Source of the DNA: a virus
Reading direction: 5' to 3' (one strand)
Length of the DNA: 64,000 nucleotides
Virus record (IMG/VR): IMGVR_UViG_3300050147_000056
Coordinates: 6,147 to 70,146 of that record
Each line of letters starts with the position of its first letter. Position 1 is the first letter of the stretch. Shown piece after piece: positions 17,655 to 26,431 of the stretch. The position numbers and the translations under genes were made by a program. The notes under the pieces are model-generated. The model saw only the letters and a list, made by a program, of their open reading frames with translations. It ran no database searches and was not told the DNA's origin.

Positions 17655-17764
17655 AGCGTATTGCCAAGTTGTTAAACCAAGTAGCAGAAGATGCTACTGA
17701 TCGTGCTGTCCCTGTTAAAGACGTTAACGGAAACAATATTGGAGTCTTACATGTTCAATACTGA
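17585..17764 (+). CDS. hypothetical protein (59 aa; not in ORF track)
   Basis: MAKLLIDVDSGNAS...ELERIAKLL...KDVNGNNIG, a common small phage protein pattern; AGGA RBS. Confidence 0.55.
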   Translation: MAKLLIDVDSGNASCHDDFSFELERIAKLLNQVAEDATDRAVPVKDVNGNNIGVLHVQY

Positions 17765-18122
17765 AACCTATGCTGAACGTTATCGTCAGTATGGTCGTAA
17801 CCTTGCTAGCCATGTAGCCATTAAGCGTAATGAGTTGAATTCAATGCTGGCTATGCACAAGGATCTCATTGCTTTGCGTAGGCTACGTAAGAAGGAGCTA
17901 GCATTCATGCACCCATTTCTCAAACATCTACAAGACTCTGTCTCTCTGCAAGCAGACTGTATGGTGCAATGGCAACATGGTGAGTACATCTATCAGTATT
18001 CAGCAGACCCTACTCAGTTGTTGTATTGGGCTAAGCGACTGCATCCCACTACCAAACACACCATTGGCTTAGTGGATCAATCCAAAGAGTTTTACACAAT
18101 CAAGGGGGATCTTAATGCTTGA
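17751..18122 (+). CDS. hypothetical protein
   Basis: start moved to ATG 17751 after GGAG. Confidence 0.6.
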   Translation: MFNTETYAERYRQYGRNLASHVAIKRNELNSMLAMHKDLIALRRLRKKELAFMHPFLKHLQDSVSLQADCMVQWQHGEYIYQYSADPTQLLYWAKRLHPTTKHTIGLVDQSKEFYTIKGDLNA

Positions 18123-18411
18123 ACAAACAGACTTAAAAATCCTTGAAGAACTCAAGGAGAAGGTCACTGCAGCCACCAATGATTGGCTTACTTGGCAACA
18201 CGTAGTAAATGGAAAAGTGTATAACCATCTACAATTACCTAAGGAAGCAGTTGTAACTGTTGTGACTAGCAACTTTACTATCACTGGTGAGTTGACGCAC
18301 ATACACGTCACAAAAACAGGTCTTTGGTCTGTATATGTAAACAATAGTTACTTCCCATCTACAGACATCAAGTCCATCACACACAATGGGAAAGAGTTAT
18401 GGCCTCTCTAG
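18115..18411 (+). CDS. hypothetical protein
   Basis: 98 aa, overlapping chain of co-oriented ORFs. Confidence 0.6.
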   Translation: MLEQTDLKILEELKEKVTAATNDWLTWQHVVNGKVYNHLQLPKEAVVTVVTSNFTITGELTHIHVTKTGLWSVYVNNSYFPSTDIKSITHNGKELWPL

Positions 18412-18647
18412 TATTTAACTACTTGGCTTCAGAACGTCGAGTAAACATCTCTGATCTGGAAGATTTAAACAATCACTTAAAGTACCGTGTAGGTAAGTAT
18501 CTAGTAGATGTTGCTGTAATTGCCGGTACGACAATGCAGGTTTACTTAGTCACTGATAACGAGTCGCCCCCGTATACTTTATTAACTGTTGTAGGAGGCA
18601 AAGCACAACGTGTACCAGAATACTCAATCCAAGAAGGCTCTACTTGA
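18399..18647 (+). CDS. hypothetical protein
   Basis: 82 aa, coupled ORF. Confidence 0.55.
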   Translation: MASLVFNYLASERRVNISDLEDLNNHLKYRVGKYLVDVAVIAGTTMQVYLVTDNESPPYTLLTVVGGKAQRVPEYSIQEGST

Positions 18648-18807
18648 GCTTATTGAATCCAAGCTAAGAGAAGGTGACTTCTCTTACTTAAATGGAATGC
18701 TGTACACCTTACGGCATCAAAACATCTTAGGTGAAGAACTAGCCTTATGGACTTACTACCTTCACCTAGCCCAATCCGCCGCACTTCAAAGGAAATACTC
18801 ATGCTGA
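18610..18807 (+). CDS. hypothetical protein
   Basis: 65 aa, GTG start after AGGAGG. Confidence 0.45.
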   Translation: MYQNTQSKKALLELIESKLREGDFSYLNGMLYTLRHQNILGEELALWTYYLHLAQSAALQRKYSC

Positions 18808-19073
18808 AACGTATTGCTGCGTACATCCTACGCAAAGAGATTAAAACCCTACAAGCTGCCATCTACGAGCGTGTAGAAACAGACTGCCTTGCAGCACTCA
18901 AGAGTAACGTGACTTACACACTACCCGATAACCGTGTAGGGACTTACGTGACTACAGCAGAATCAGTGAACGGTAAACCAAGTATCTTATTAAAGGTAGA
19001 TGGTTACTTGATTCACATTACCAAAAAACAGTTTGAGAAGTCACTGGAGACACTTCATGATTATTCTTTTTGA
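18801..19073 (+). CDS. hypothetical protein
   Basis: likely start MLKRIAAY at 18801 after AAGGA. Confidence 0.55.
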   Translation: MLKRIAAYILRKEIKTLQAAIYERVETDCLAALKSNVTYTLPDNRVGTYVTTAESVNGKPSILLKVDGYLIHITKKQFEKSLETLHDYSF

Positions 19074-19572
19074 GGGTATGAATGGTACTGGTAAATCAAC
19101 ACTGATTAACCAGTTAGCGGCATCACTACCTACAAATATTCCAGTAGTGATTCTCAAGCCTAAAGTACCTGCCAATGCCACAGATAGGCAGGCGTATAAG
19201 GCTGTCAAAGATCAAATCAAACAAGTGAAAGATGATAGCGAAGTCTTGTACTTATTAGATCGCAGCTACGTCTCGTTTGCAGGTATTCATCACGATATCT
19301 TATTAAGCCAAAAGCTTATTGATCTTGCTGTAAAGCAATGGAAGGAACACGTAATTATTAACGTGTTCCTATCATGTAACGAATCTACTCGTGAGGAGCG
19401 TTTAAATACTCGAGGGGAAAACCATGTCAACAGTATTCCTGCGCATTCAGGAAAAGCAGTGGCGTACCTAGATACAATTCTTGATTGGTTTACTAGAACA
19501 CAGGTACTTGTTAACCCAAATGTAGATACTCTTCTGAGTGTTATGAAGCTGCGGGGTACTGAGCAATGCTAA
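19057..19572 (+). CDS. thymidylate/dNMP kinase-like P-loop protein
   Basis: IILFEGMNGTGKST, LLDRS, RL..RG lid; GGAG RBS before ATG 19057. Confidence 0.8.
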   Translation: MIILFEGMNGTGKSTLINQLAASLPTNIPVVILKPKVPANATDRQAYKAVKDQIKQVKDDSEVLYLLDRSYVSFAGIHHDILLSQKLIDLAVKQWKEHVIINVFLSCNESTREERLNTRGENHVNSIPAHSGKAVAYLDTILDWFTRTQVLVNPNVDTLLSVMKLRGTEQC

Positions 19573-19730
19573 TAACTTTTACAGCTATTGGTGATCCTCC
19601 CAAAGGCAAGAAGTGGAATGAACTAGATACTGTCCAAGACCTCGTAATCATGACTGAAGAGTGTTGGCTAGCAATCAAAAAACAGTTAGATGAATCTGCC
19701 AATGAAGCACTCACAGACCATTTAACCTAA
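19566..19730 (+). CDS. hypothetical protein (54 aa; not in ORF track)
   Basis: ORF overlapping the kinase stop and ending before the tRNA. Confidence 0.45.
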   Translation: MLITFTAIGDPPKGKKWNELDTVQDLVIMTEECWLAIKKQLDESANEALTDHLT

Positions 19731-19772
19731 ACACTAACTACCAGAGATAATTCTTTGGTAGTATCCCTTCAC

Positions 19773-19849
19773 GCGCTTGTAGCTCAGTAGGATAGAGCAT
19801 CCGCCTTCTAAGCGGATGGTCGCAGGTTCGAGTCCTGTCAGGCGCACCA
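19773..19849 (+). tRNA. trnR: tRNA-Arg (anticodon UCU)
   Basis: acceptor GCGCTTG/CAGGCGC-A-CCA, D arm AGCTCAGTAGGATAGAGC, anticodon loop CTTCTAA, T loop GGTTCGAGTCC. Confidence 0.96.
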
Positions 19850-19960
19850 AACATTGAGTATTACCATGTCGACTCTTTATACCCATAAAACAAAAGGCGG
19901 CAGTTATCAACGGTTGACTAACGCGTATGTACACAACCATGACTAAACGCTGCACAAACT

Positions 19961-19989
19961 AATACCCCCTCAATTGAGGGGGTATTTTT
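19961..19989. terminator. bidirectional terminator between convergent units
   Basis: perfect palindrome AATACCCCCTCAATTGAGGGGGTATT with T tail. Confidence 0.8.
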
Positions 19990-20398
19990 ATTTGAACAGT
20001 CCGTACCATCGGACAGCTAAGACAAATAGCTTTCTCTGAAATCCAGAGAATCCATACTGCCCCATCTTCACTTGTAGTGCCTTATCAAACCACGTAGCTG
20101 CTTCTTGCCATGTTAGATAACGTAGATTACTACCCTTCACCACAAGCAGCTTATCGCTAGTCTCCCCTACTAGAGCATCATGAACAAAGGAAGCCTGCGC
20201 CCATCTATAATCCATTGGATTCCAACCAAATAGAACCCTAAAGACTCTAGGGATAGAAGCACCGTTAGATTCAAAGCCAGCAGGAATATGGATGTATTCA
20301 CCGTCTGGATCATCTAGATAGAAAGTGAATGGGTGTCTAGTCTTGTACACACCTAGGTAGGTGTAATCATAGTCGAGTGGTCTAGTAAAGCTACTCAT
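19988..20398 (-). CDS. DUF1353-family protein
   Basis: IPAGFESNGASIPR...ASFVHDAL signature. Confidence 0.8.
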   Translation of the reverse strand: MSSFTRPLDYDYTYLGVYKTRHPFTFYLDDPDGEYIHIPAGFESNGASIPRVFRVLFGWNPMDYRWAQASFVHDALVGETSDKLLVVKGSNLRYLTWQEAATWFDKALQVKMGQYGFSGFQRKLFVLAVRWYGLFK

Positions 20399-20949
20399 GA
20401 CAGTACACTCTGGATCATGGTGTCTACCATGGCCTTACCACGCTGTTTAAGCAGCTCTACGACTGCATCGACCTGTTCATGCGTACTACACGCCTGCACG
20501 GCTATAAACGCATTCTGACGCAAGGAAGACATCACCGGAGTGCTATAGATCAACTGACGTTCTCTCTTGAGAATGTTTTCTACTACCTGCTCAGGAGTAT
20601 TGTTAGTTAGTTGGGCTTGGATAGTGATCTGGATGATCTCGTCCCCCTGCTTACCTTCCTTGAATGCCCTAGCTTGATTAATGAGTGTAGGGAAGCTTTG
20701 TACCTCACACTCCAGCATATTGGCTGTGAACCCCTTCACATACTCATTAGCAATCGCTAGGAGCTTCTCATACTGCTTTGCCTTGTATTCACCAAGGTCA
20801 GGTAGTAAAGCCTTAGAAACGATTGTAGTGAGTTCTCCTCCCTGCATAAGCCAAGATAAATAAGCTTGATATTGTTGACTGGATTCAATCATAGGGACTA
20901 TAGCATCCCCTAAACGAATCACTCCGTACTGATCAATTGAATAGTTCAT
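20395..20949 (-). CDS. tail fibre assembly/chaperone-like protein
   Basis: YQAYLSWL..GG and E..SF.....QARA patterns; position after fibre genes. Confidence 0.6.
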   Translation of the reverse strand: MNYSIDQYGVIRLGDAIVPMIESSQQYQAYLSWLMQGGELTTIVSKALLPDLGEYKAKQYEKLLAIANEYVKGFTANMLECEVQSFPTLINQARAFKEGKQGDEIIQITIQAQLTNNTPEQVVENILKRERQLIYSTPVMSSLRQNAFIAVQACSTHEQVDAVVELLKQRGKAMVDTMIQSVLS

Positions 20950-21932
20950 CGTGGATGATCTCCGTATAGCAAGTGAATATCTAAAGCACAGTTACCACTA
21001 GTAGCCCCACTGGTTCTCCAAATACGTGGAGCAAGGAAAGAACCTGATACGGGTAGTAAGCTAGCATTGGTGATACTACCTGTAGCTACTGCACCTGTAT
21101 TCACCCTAAGCACTTCCCAGTAAATAATGGCAGTGTCTTTAGGGTTGTGTAGGATGAACTCATACACGTCAGTGTTGGTGGTATTTACTGGAAAGTTAGC
21201 ATCCAGTGTTGTGGATACACCTGCACCACTACCTGCACTAAAAACTGCCAGTGTAGTGCTAGCAGTATCTTTGATTAAGCCAATGCAGTTAACCAATGTT
21301 GATGGGTTTACTGATGTGGGTGCAGATGCACTAGTGGATACACCAACAAACATTCTGCTATCAGTCCTAATGACTCCGTCAGCCACGTTAAATCTAAAAA
21401 CCATTGTGAACCCGTTCTGAGTGGCTGTCAGAGTAGGTGCATACAGTGCTTTATAACCAGTAGTGTAAACACTACTTATGGCTTCTACTGCAGCAGCAGA
21501 TGTGTATCGGATACGGTCACAGCTACCGCAATAGCTAGTAGTGACTAGTGGTGCTCCTGAAGCTGTACCTACAATAGTAGGCGTAAAGTTGAAGTTACTT
21601 ACTACTGAAGATCCTCTACCAGATGCTTGCAGAGACCAGACACTATTAGAGACCAATGATGCCTGCGCACTAAAGATTGTGGCACTGGTATCTCTAACCG
21701 CTATAGCAGCCCTACCTGCACGCTCTCTTAAATGAAGAACAGCAGTGCCTGCACTAGGTACTGGAGGTGTATTGTCTACTGTCAGTAGTAAATTACCATC
21801 TGCATCAATCTTAGTAGCTGCTCCTCCTTGTTGACCATTGTTGTTGAATTGGATGCTACGGTCAGTACCAGCAACCGTAGCAACCTCTTGTTCGATAGGG
21901 CCGGTTGCCCCGAGTGCTAGTACCTTAGCCAT
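20946..21932 (-). CDS. tail/head fibre-associated beta-sandwich protein
   Basis: SIQFNNNG fibre motif; Ser/Thr/Gly-rich beta-strand C-terminal domain. Confidence 0.55.
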   Translation of the reverse strand: MAKVLALGATGPIEQEVATVAGTDRSIQFNNNGQQGGAATKIDADGNLLLTVDNTPPVPSAGTAVLHLRERAGRAAIAVRDTSATIFSAQASLVSNSVWSLQASGRGSSVVSNFNFTPTIVGTASGAPLVTTSYCGSCDRIRYTSAAAVEAISSVYTTGYKALYAPTLTATQNGFTMVFRFNVADGVIRTDSRMFVGVSTSASAPTSVNPSTLVNCIGLIKDTASTTLAVFSAGSGAGVSTTLDANFPVNTTNTDVYEFILHNPKDTAIIYWEVLRVNTGAVATGSITNASLLPVSGSFLAPRIWRTSGATSGNCALDIHLLYGDHPR

Positions 21933-21937
21933 AGTGA

Positions 21938-22441
21938 TTAAGCCAATGGGACAGCAGCAGTGAATTCCGTATTGATAGTGGTGCTATTCACGCCGCTACC
22001 AATGATCTGATACAACTTACCTGTACCTACAGGACGGGTAGTCATTGCTGATCCTGCCGTCACATCAGATAAGAAGTAAGCTGCGCCAGCAGTCACACCA
22101 CTACGTGCAGTGTTGCGACCTTCAAAGTACAGGGTAGCAGCAGCACTAGATGCACTAGCTACTAATACAAATCCTACAGCAGCATTGCCACCAACACCTG
22201 CACTAGCGTTAGCAATAGTCCCGTCTGCTTTGATGTAAACAAATGCACCTGCAGCTAGAGCTTCAAATGCAGTAGACGTATAAGCATCAATGCCGAATCC
22301 CGCAGGCATGAGTGAGGCATCCCAGCGACCATCCGCACCAGGAGCCATAATCTTTCCGGCACTAGCTGCACCTGTACTTACAGTGCTGGCTTCAACTTCT
22401 ACAGGTCCTGTTGCACCTAGTGATACGTATTTATCAGCCAT
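21938..22441 (-). CDS. virion structural/decoration-like protein
   Basis: GK.....ADGRWDASLMP, EALAAGAFV..., AVGFV, YFLS patterns. Confidence 0.55.
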   Translation of the reverse strand: MADKYVSLGATGPVEVEASTVSTGAASAGKIMAPGADGRWDASLMPAGFGIDAYTSTAFEALAAGAFVYIKADGTIANASAGVGGNAAVGFVLVASASSAAATLYFEGRNTARSGVTAGAAYFLSDVTAGSAMTTRPVGTGKLYQIIGSGVNSTTINTEFTAAVPLA

Positions 22442-22453
22442 GCTGATTACTCC

Positions 22454-22888
22454 TTAAATAGCTCGACGAATGCCTAGCTGTGGTTGAATAACAATGGTGT
22501 CTGGACTTAGTACATAACCAACAATCTGTGAGAACTTACCCACAAAAGGATCAGTAGTGACTAGTCCATCTAAACCAGCAAAGAGTAAGTCTTTACTGGT
22601 GAAATTCCAATTCGTATTAGTCACACTACCTGTGGTGATAACTCTAGCAGTGTTACCTGCAGCAGTCGCTTGTTCAATAATCCCAATACATTTATTGCAT
22701 TGGTTTACGTCAGCGGCATCGTAGTAGATAAGCTGTCCTGCACTATCAGTAGTGACTAAGCGATAAGCCAGTAAATTAATACCAGCTACCCGTTTAACAG
22801 TAGATACTGGAGTAGGTAACTCTGCTATGTCTCTAGCAGTACCTACCACAGTACCTCCTGTACTATTTACCCTACTTGGGTAACTCAT
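22454..22888 (-). CDS. virion structural/decoration-like protein
   Basis: start moved to ATG 22888 after GGAGGT; AG..L..YR.V, IGI...A..AG, WNF, LFAG.DG. Confidence 0.6.
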   Translation of the reverse strand: MSYPSRVNSTGGTVVGTARDIAELPTPVSTVKRVAGINLLAYRLVTTDSAGQLIYYDAADVNQCNKCIGIIEQATAAGNTARVITTGSVTNTNWNFTSKDLLFAGLDGLVTTDPFVGKFSQIVGYVLSPDTIVIQPQLGIRRAI

Positions 22889-22901
22889 AAGTACCTCCAA
22901 A

Positions 22902-25448
22902 TTATCTAAGCAAGCAAAACGCAATGCCGTAGCCGTCTTGGGCATCAAAAACTTTTGTGATCTCCATGCAGCGGACGTTAGTTTTTGTGTTTGATAACGT
23001 ACCCAAACCTTCACCCGCCTTGACGTAATCACCTACTACAACAGACACATCAACGCGCACATACACCTGACCTAACAAACCGATACAAGACCAATCGTTC
23101 GGACGCTCTGAACGTGGTACGTTTTCGATTGTCGGATCGTACTCAGGGTTTTCGACCGGATGCCTTTCGGTATAATGTTTAGCATCCTTTGGTAGTACGC
23201 CAAAAATCTGCAATGCTTCCTCAACCGTTCCGTCATAACCAGCCATTAAAAGCTCAGGCTGTTCGTCATCTACCAATCCAGCGTACACCTCTGACCACTT
23301 AACCATCGGCACGTCTTGATATAGGATTTCGCCAAAGTCGCCAGTCAGATAACGCCTGCTCCATGTAAAGGGACTATCACCAGCCGCCACGATTGCAGTA
23401 GCAGACACCACGCCCAAAATGACATCACCCGCTTGAATCGGACGGACTTTGCGGCCATCCAACGCAACCAACGTACCTATTGGAATAACACCTTTTTGTA
23501 AGTTTTCGAAATACTCAGCGTAGTCAGTAAACGTTGCCGAGCCTGTCACAGTACCGGCTGCGGTTACAGTACCGGTTGCTGATACTTGAAATTTGCGGTT
23601 TGCAGTAGAAGCACTGCCAGACGAGGAATCACCAAGTACAAAAGACCGTGCGCTGCTGTTAATAGTTCTCCGACCGATCAGTACCGCCTGATCCACGTTT
23701 GTTGTTTCGCAGATATTTCCGGCCAAAATCATTGAGCCGTTGCCTCGCACAATACAGCCAGTGCTGCTTATTGCCGCTTGTCGAGTGTTAGCTGCATCAG
23801 TACGAGTTGAGCCGCTACATGCGATGACCACCGATGTTGAGCCGCGTGTAATACAGCCGCCATCACTTGCGATATTTGCTGTGTACATTCCGCCTGCTTC
23901 GGTTGTGCCTGTGCCAGCAATAACTGCCGAATAGTCTCCACCTGCAGTTGCAAAAAAGCCAGCAATGACAGCAGAATGTGTGCCTATCGTTGCACCGCGA
24001 TTACTCGCCATCGTTGCACTGACTGAGCCGGTGGCTGTACTAAAGTGGCTTGCGAAGTTACCGGTCTGACGACCCTCAGCGACACAACCAGCACTTGCGA
24101 TGTTGGCTTGACAGGCAGTCTTACTAATACAATCAATGCCGGTATCTGCCGTATTTGTGCTATAACCCGCGCCGCGACTAGTGACTGTAATACTTGTGAT
24201 TGTGCCCGCAGCATCAACTGTAAAAGTAGCAGCAGCCTTAACAACCTTTTCAATTTCTTCGCCGTTCTCGTCTACGCCATCACGCTTATCTAAGATGCGA
24301 ATAGCTTCGCTGGTAGTATAAAGCTGACCGCCGTTGACGATTGTTACGCTGTCAACACCACCGTCCACAGGATTTACGTTGGCAGTAGCAACAAGTCCAA
24401 ACCCACGACTGAGCATCTGCATACCCAAATCAACGTATACGTCGCCTTTTGGATCTAGCTCAGTCGTGTAGCCAAGCCCACTATCTAGAATCGCAAAGCT
24501 CGTAACAACGCCAGCCACACCATTGACTGTTGCTGTCGTAAAAGTGATGCGTGCAGGACGTGACGGGGACTTTTTGCGATCATAAAAGTAGACACTCTGC
24601 AATTCTGGCTTGTAACCACGACCTCCATCCAAGATGACAATGCTTGCAAGTGAGCCATCAGTATTAAAATTCAGCTTTGTGCGTAAACCGTAACCTATAC
24701 CGGCAACGCTGTCTTGGCTTGCAACGTTTGCAGCAATGTAACCTGTGGCGTATGTGTAACGAGTTGCTAAGTTGGCGACTCGTGAGCCAACAGCTTGGCT
24801 GTAGTGCGCAGTATAGTTGCCTGCACCAAACCCGCCGGTCTGACATTCTTCACTACCAACATTCACAGACTGTGGACAGCTAGCGTTACTTTGGCGCGAC
24901 GCAAGGTTTGCAGACAAGTTACCTGCCGCAAGGCTATATATTGATGTGTAGTTGCCACTTCTGGCAAACCACGCACGGCAGTTTTGACTGCCAATAAGCA
25001 CACGAAGGTTCTTTGTTGTGCGCCCCGAAACGGTTGGTACGGGGACGTTGCCGCCAGCGTAGGCGGTTTCTAGCCCGCCAGTATCCGACTCAGCTACGAT
25101 TGTGCCTAGATCAGTATCGGCCTCAATAATACGACCGTCTGGTAGCTTCCATCGTCCATTTTTAAAATACACATTGGTTTTAGAAGGGATGGAGGTTACT
25201 GCATACGTACGTCCAGCCATCTCAATAGCGCCGTATTGTACATTTGTTCGCGCTGCATTTGCTGCGGCCGTGTCGTCGGTAACACCGTCACCAATCGCGC
25301 CGAAGTCTTTAATAGAGACAGTATGATTACTTCGCAGCATCAAACTAGCTAGATTATCCCCCTCAATAATGATAGGTCTCACCACGTTACCCATAGGTAT
25401 TACTACCTGCAGATCGTTGTTTCTATATACCACGCCTATGGTAGTCAT
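22902..25448 (-). CDS. tail spike with beta-helix and C-terminal peptidase G2-type intramolecular chaperone
   Basis: SIKDFGAIGDGVTDDTAA, small-residue beta-helix repeats, DYAEYFE...GVVS...PRSERP..W..IGLLGQVYVR. Confidence 0.85.
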   Translation of the reverse strand: MTTIGVVYRNNDLQVVIPMGNVVRPIIIEGDNLASLMLRSNHTVSIKDFGAIGDGVTDDTAAANAARTNVQYGAIEMAGRTYAVTSIPSKTNVYFKNGRWKLPDGRIIEADTDLGTIVAESDTGGLETAYAGGNVPVPTVSGRTTKNLRVLIGSQNCRAWFARSGNYTSIYSLAAGNLSANLASRQSNASCPQSVNVGSEECQTGGFGAGNYTAHYSQAVGSRVANLATRYTYATGYIAANVASQDSVAGIGYGLRTKLNFNTDGSLASIVILDGGRGYKPELQSVYFYDRKKSPSRPARITFTTATVNGVAGVVTSFAILDSGLGYTTELDPKGDVYVDLGMQMLSRGFGLVATANVNPVDGGVDSVTIVNGGQLYTTSEAIRILDKRDGVDENGEEIEKVVKAAATFTVDAAGTITSITVTSRGAGYSTNTADTGIDCISKTACQANIASAGCVAEGRQTGNFASHFSTATGSVSATMASNRGATIGTHSAVIAGFFATAGGDYSAVIAGTGTTEAGGMYTANIASDGGCITRGSTSVVIACSGSTRTDAANTRQAAISSTGCIVRGNGSMILAGNICETTNVDQAVLIGRRTINSSARSFVLGDSSSGSASTANRKFQVSATGTVTAAGTVTGSATFTDYAEYFENLQKGVIPIGTLVALDGRKVRPIQAGDVILGVVSATAIVAAGDSPFTWSRRYLTGDFGEILYQDVPMVKWSEVYAGLVDDEQPELLMAGYDGTVEEALQIFGVLPKDAKHYTERHPVENPEYDPTIENVPRSERPNDWSCIGLLGQVYVRVDVSVVVGDYVKAGEGLGTLSNTKTNVRCMEITKVFDAQDGYGIAFCLLR

Positions 25449-25450
25449 GT

Positions 25451-25813
25451 TTAGTTCCTCACGGTAAATGCAATAGGTGCTAAGGTTCTTGTGTAACCAG
25501 AGAAGCTGAATACCACTTCTATGAAACAGTCTCCAGTAACCCAATCGTTAGTGTTTAGACAACTCACTGAGAACCAACCGACAGAAGTGATTGGATCAAT
25601 GTTGTCTTGTGGATCAATCAAAGCATCTGATGAAATCTTATTAACCACTAAGTCAGTAAGCTTTCTTCCAGCGTGATTAAACAACGCTGCTGTAATAACT
25701 ACATCAGCATCCAAAGAAACACCTGACTCATTACCCATATCTCTTAACTGAAACTCTTGGTAGAAATAATCTCCTACCGTAAAGTCAGCCATAGTAAATG
25801 TAGTACATCCCAT
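25451..25813 (-). CDS. hypothetical virion protein (BppU-like Ig fold possible)
   Basis: GD.F......, beta-rich 120 aa, directly upstream of spike. Confidence 0.55.
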   Translation of the reverse strand: MGCTTFTMADFTVGDYFYQEFQLRDMGNESGVSLDADVVITAALFNHAGRKLTDLVVNKISSDALIDPQDNIDPITSVGWFSVSCLNTNDWVTGDCFIEVVFSFSGYTRTLAPIAFTVRN

Positions 25814-26361
25814 TACACACCCCCTAATAAATACCTGTCTTGGATTACCTTGGCTACAGCCTTAGCTACTAGCCATTTCTTAGCCTTCCACACTGATAGT
25901 TCTTTTGGATTACTAATGAAAAACATCTCAAGAATAATCCCCCCATTACTCACATAAGCCAGTCTGTGATGTTGACCGGATGATTCAGACTTCCATCCTT
26001 TGTCTGCACCACGAACAATGCTGTCCATCACCGTAGCTACTGCAGCACACAGTTTCTGACTAATGGCAGCATCCTTGTATTGAGCCAATGCTTCTACACC
26101 TTTAGCTGTAGGATGTACCGAAGCATTACAGTGAAATTCAATAGCAATGCACTTACCTTTCATAAGCTTAACGGCTTGTGTGAGACTGGCGTTGTCACGC
26201 CCTGTCCCATCTGTGATGTGTTCTACACCCCAAGATGTAAGGTAGCTGCTGACCATGTTTCTCATGTCTACTGCTATATCAGACTCTTTGTCTCCTGTAG
26301 TAGCATTCACAGCCCCACAGTCCACATTAGAGTGTCCTGCTGTAATCAGCACTGGATACAT
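25813..26361 (-). CDS. N-acetylmuramoyl-L-alanine amidase (Amidase_3) endolysin
   Basis: TAGHS..D.GA...E, EFHCNA, ILEMFFISN zinc ligands. Confidence 0.9.
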   Translation of the reverse strand: MYPVLITAGHSNVDCGAVNATTGDKESDIAVDMRNMVSSYLTSWGVEHITDGTGRDNASLTQAVKLMKGKCIAIEFHCNASVHPTAKGVEALAQYKDAAISQKLCAAVATVMDSIVRGADKGWKSESSGQHHRLAYVSNGGIILEMFFISNPKELSVWKAKKWLVAKAVAKVIQDRYLLGGV

Positions 26362-26431
26362 TCTAAAACCCTCTATAAACGCGTATACGCATCATATAGA
26401 GATAGTCCCCACCAAACCAACAGGAATAGTT

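Noticed and set aside
19734-19955. 73-aa minus-strand ORF
   Set aside because: Antisense to tRNA-Arg; a typical tRNA shadow ORF.
19988-26361. Tail/lysis block sitting inside the replication region on the opposite strand, with portal adjacent to gp67-like
   Set aside because: Differs from N4 itself, but comparable layouts are known in other N4-like phages, so not treated as novel.
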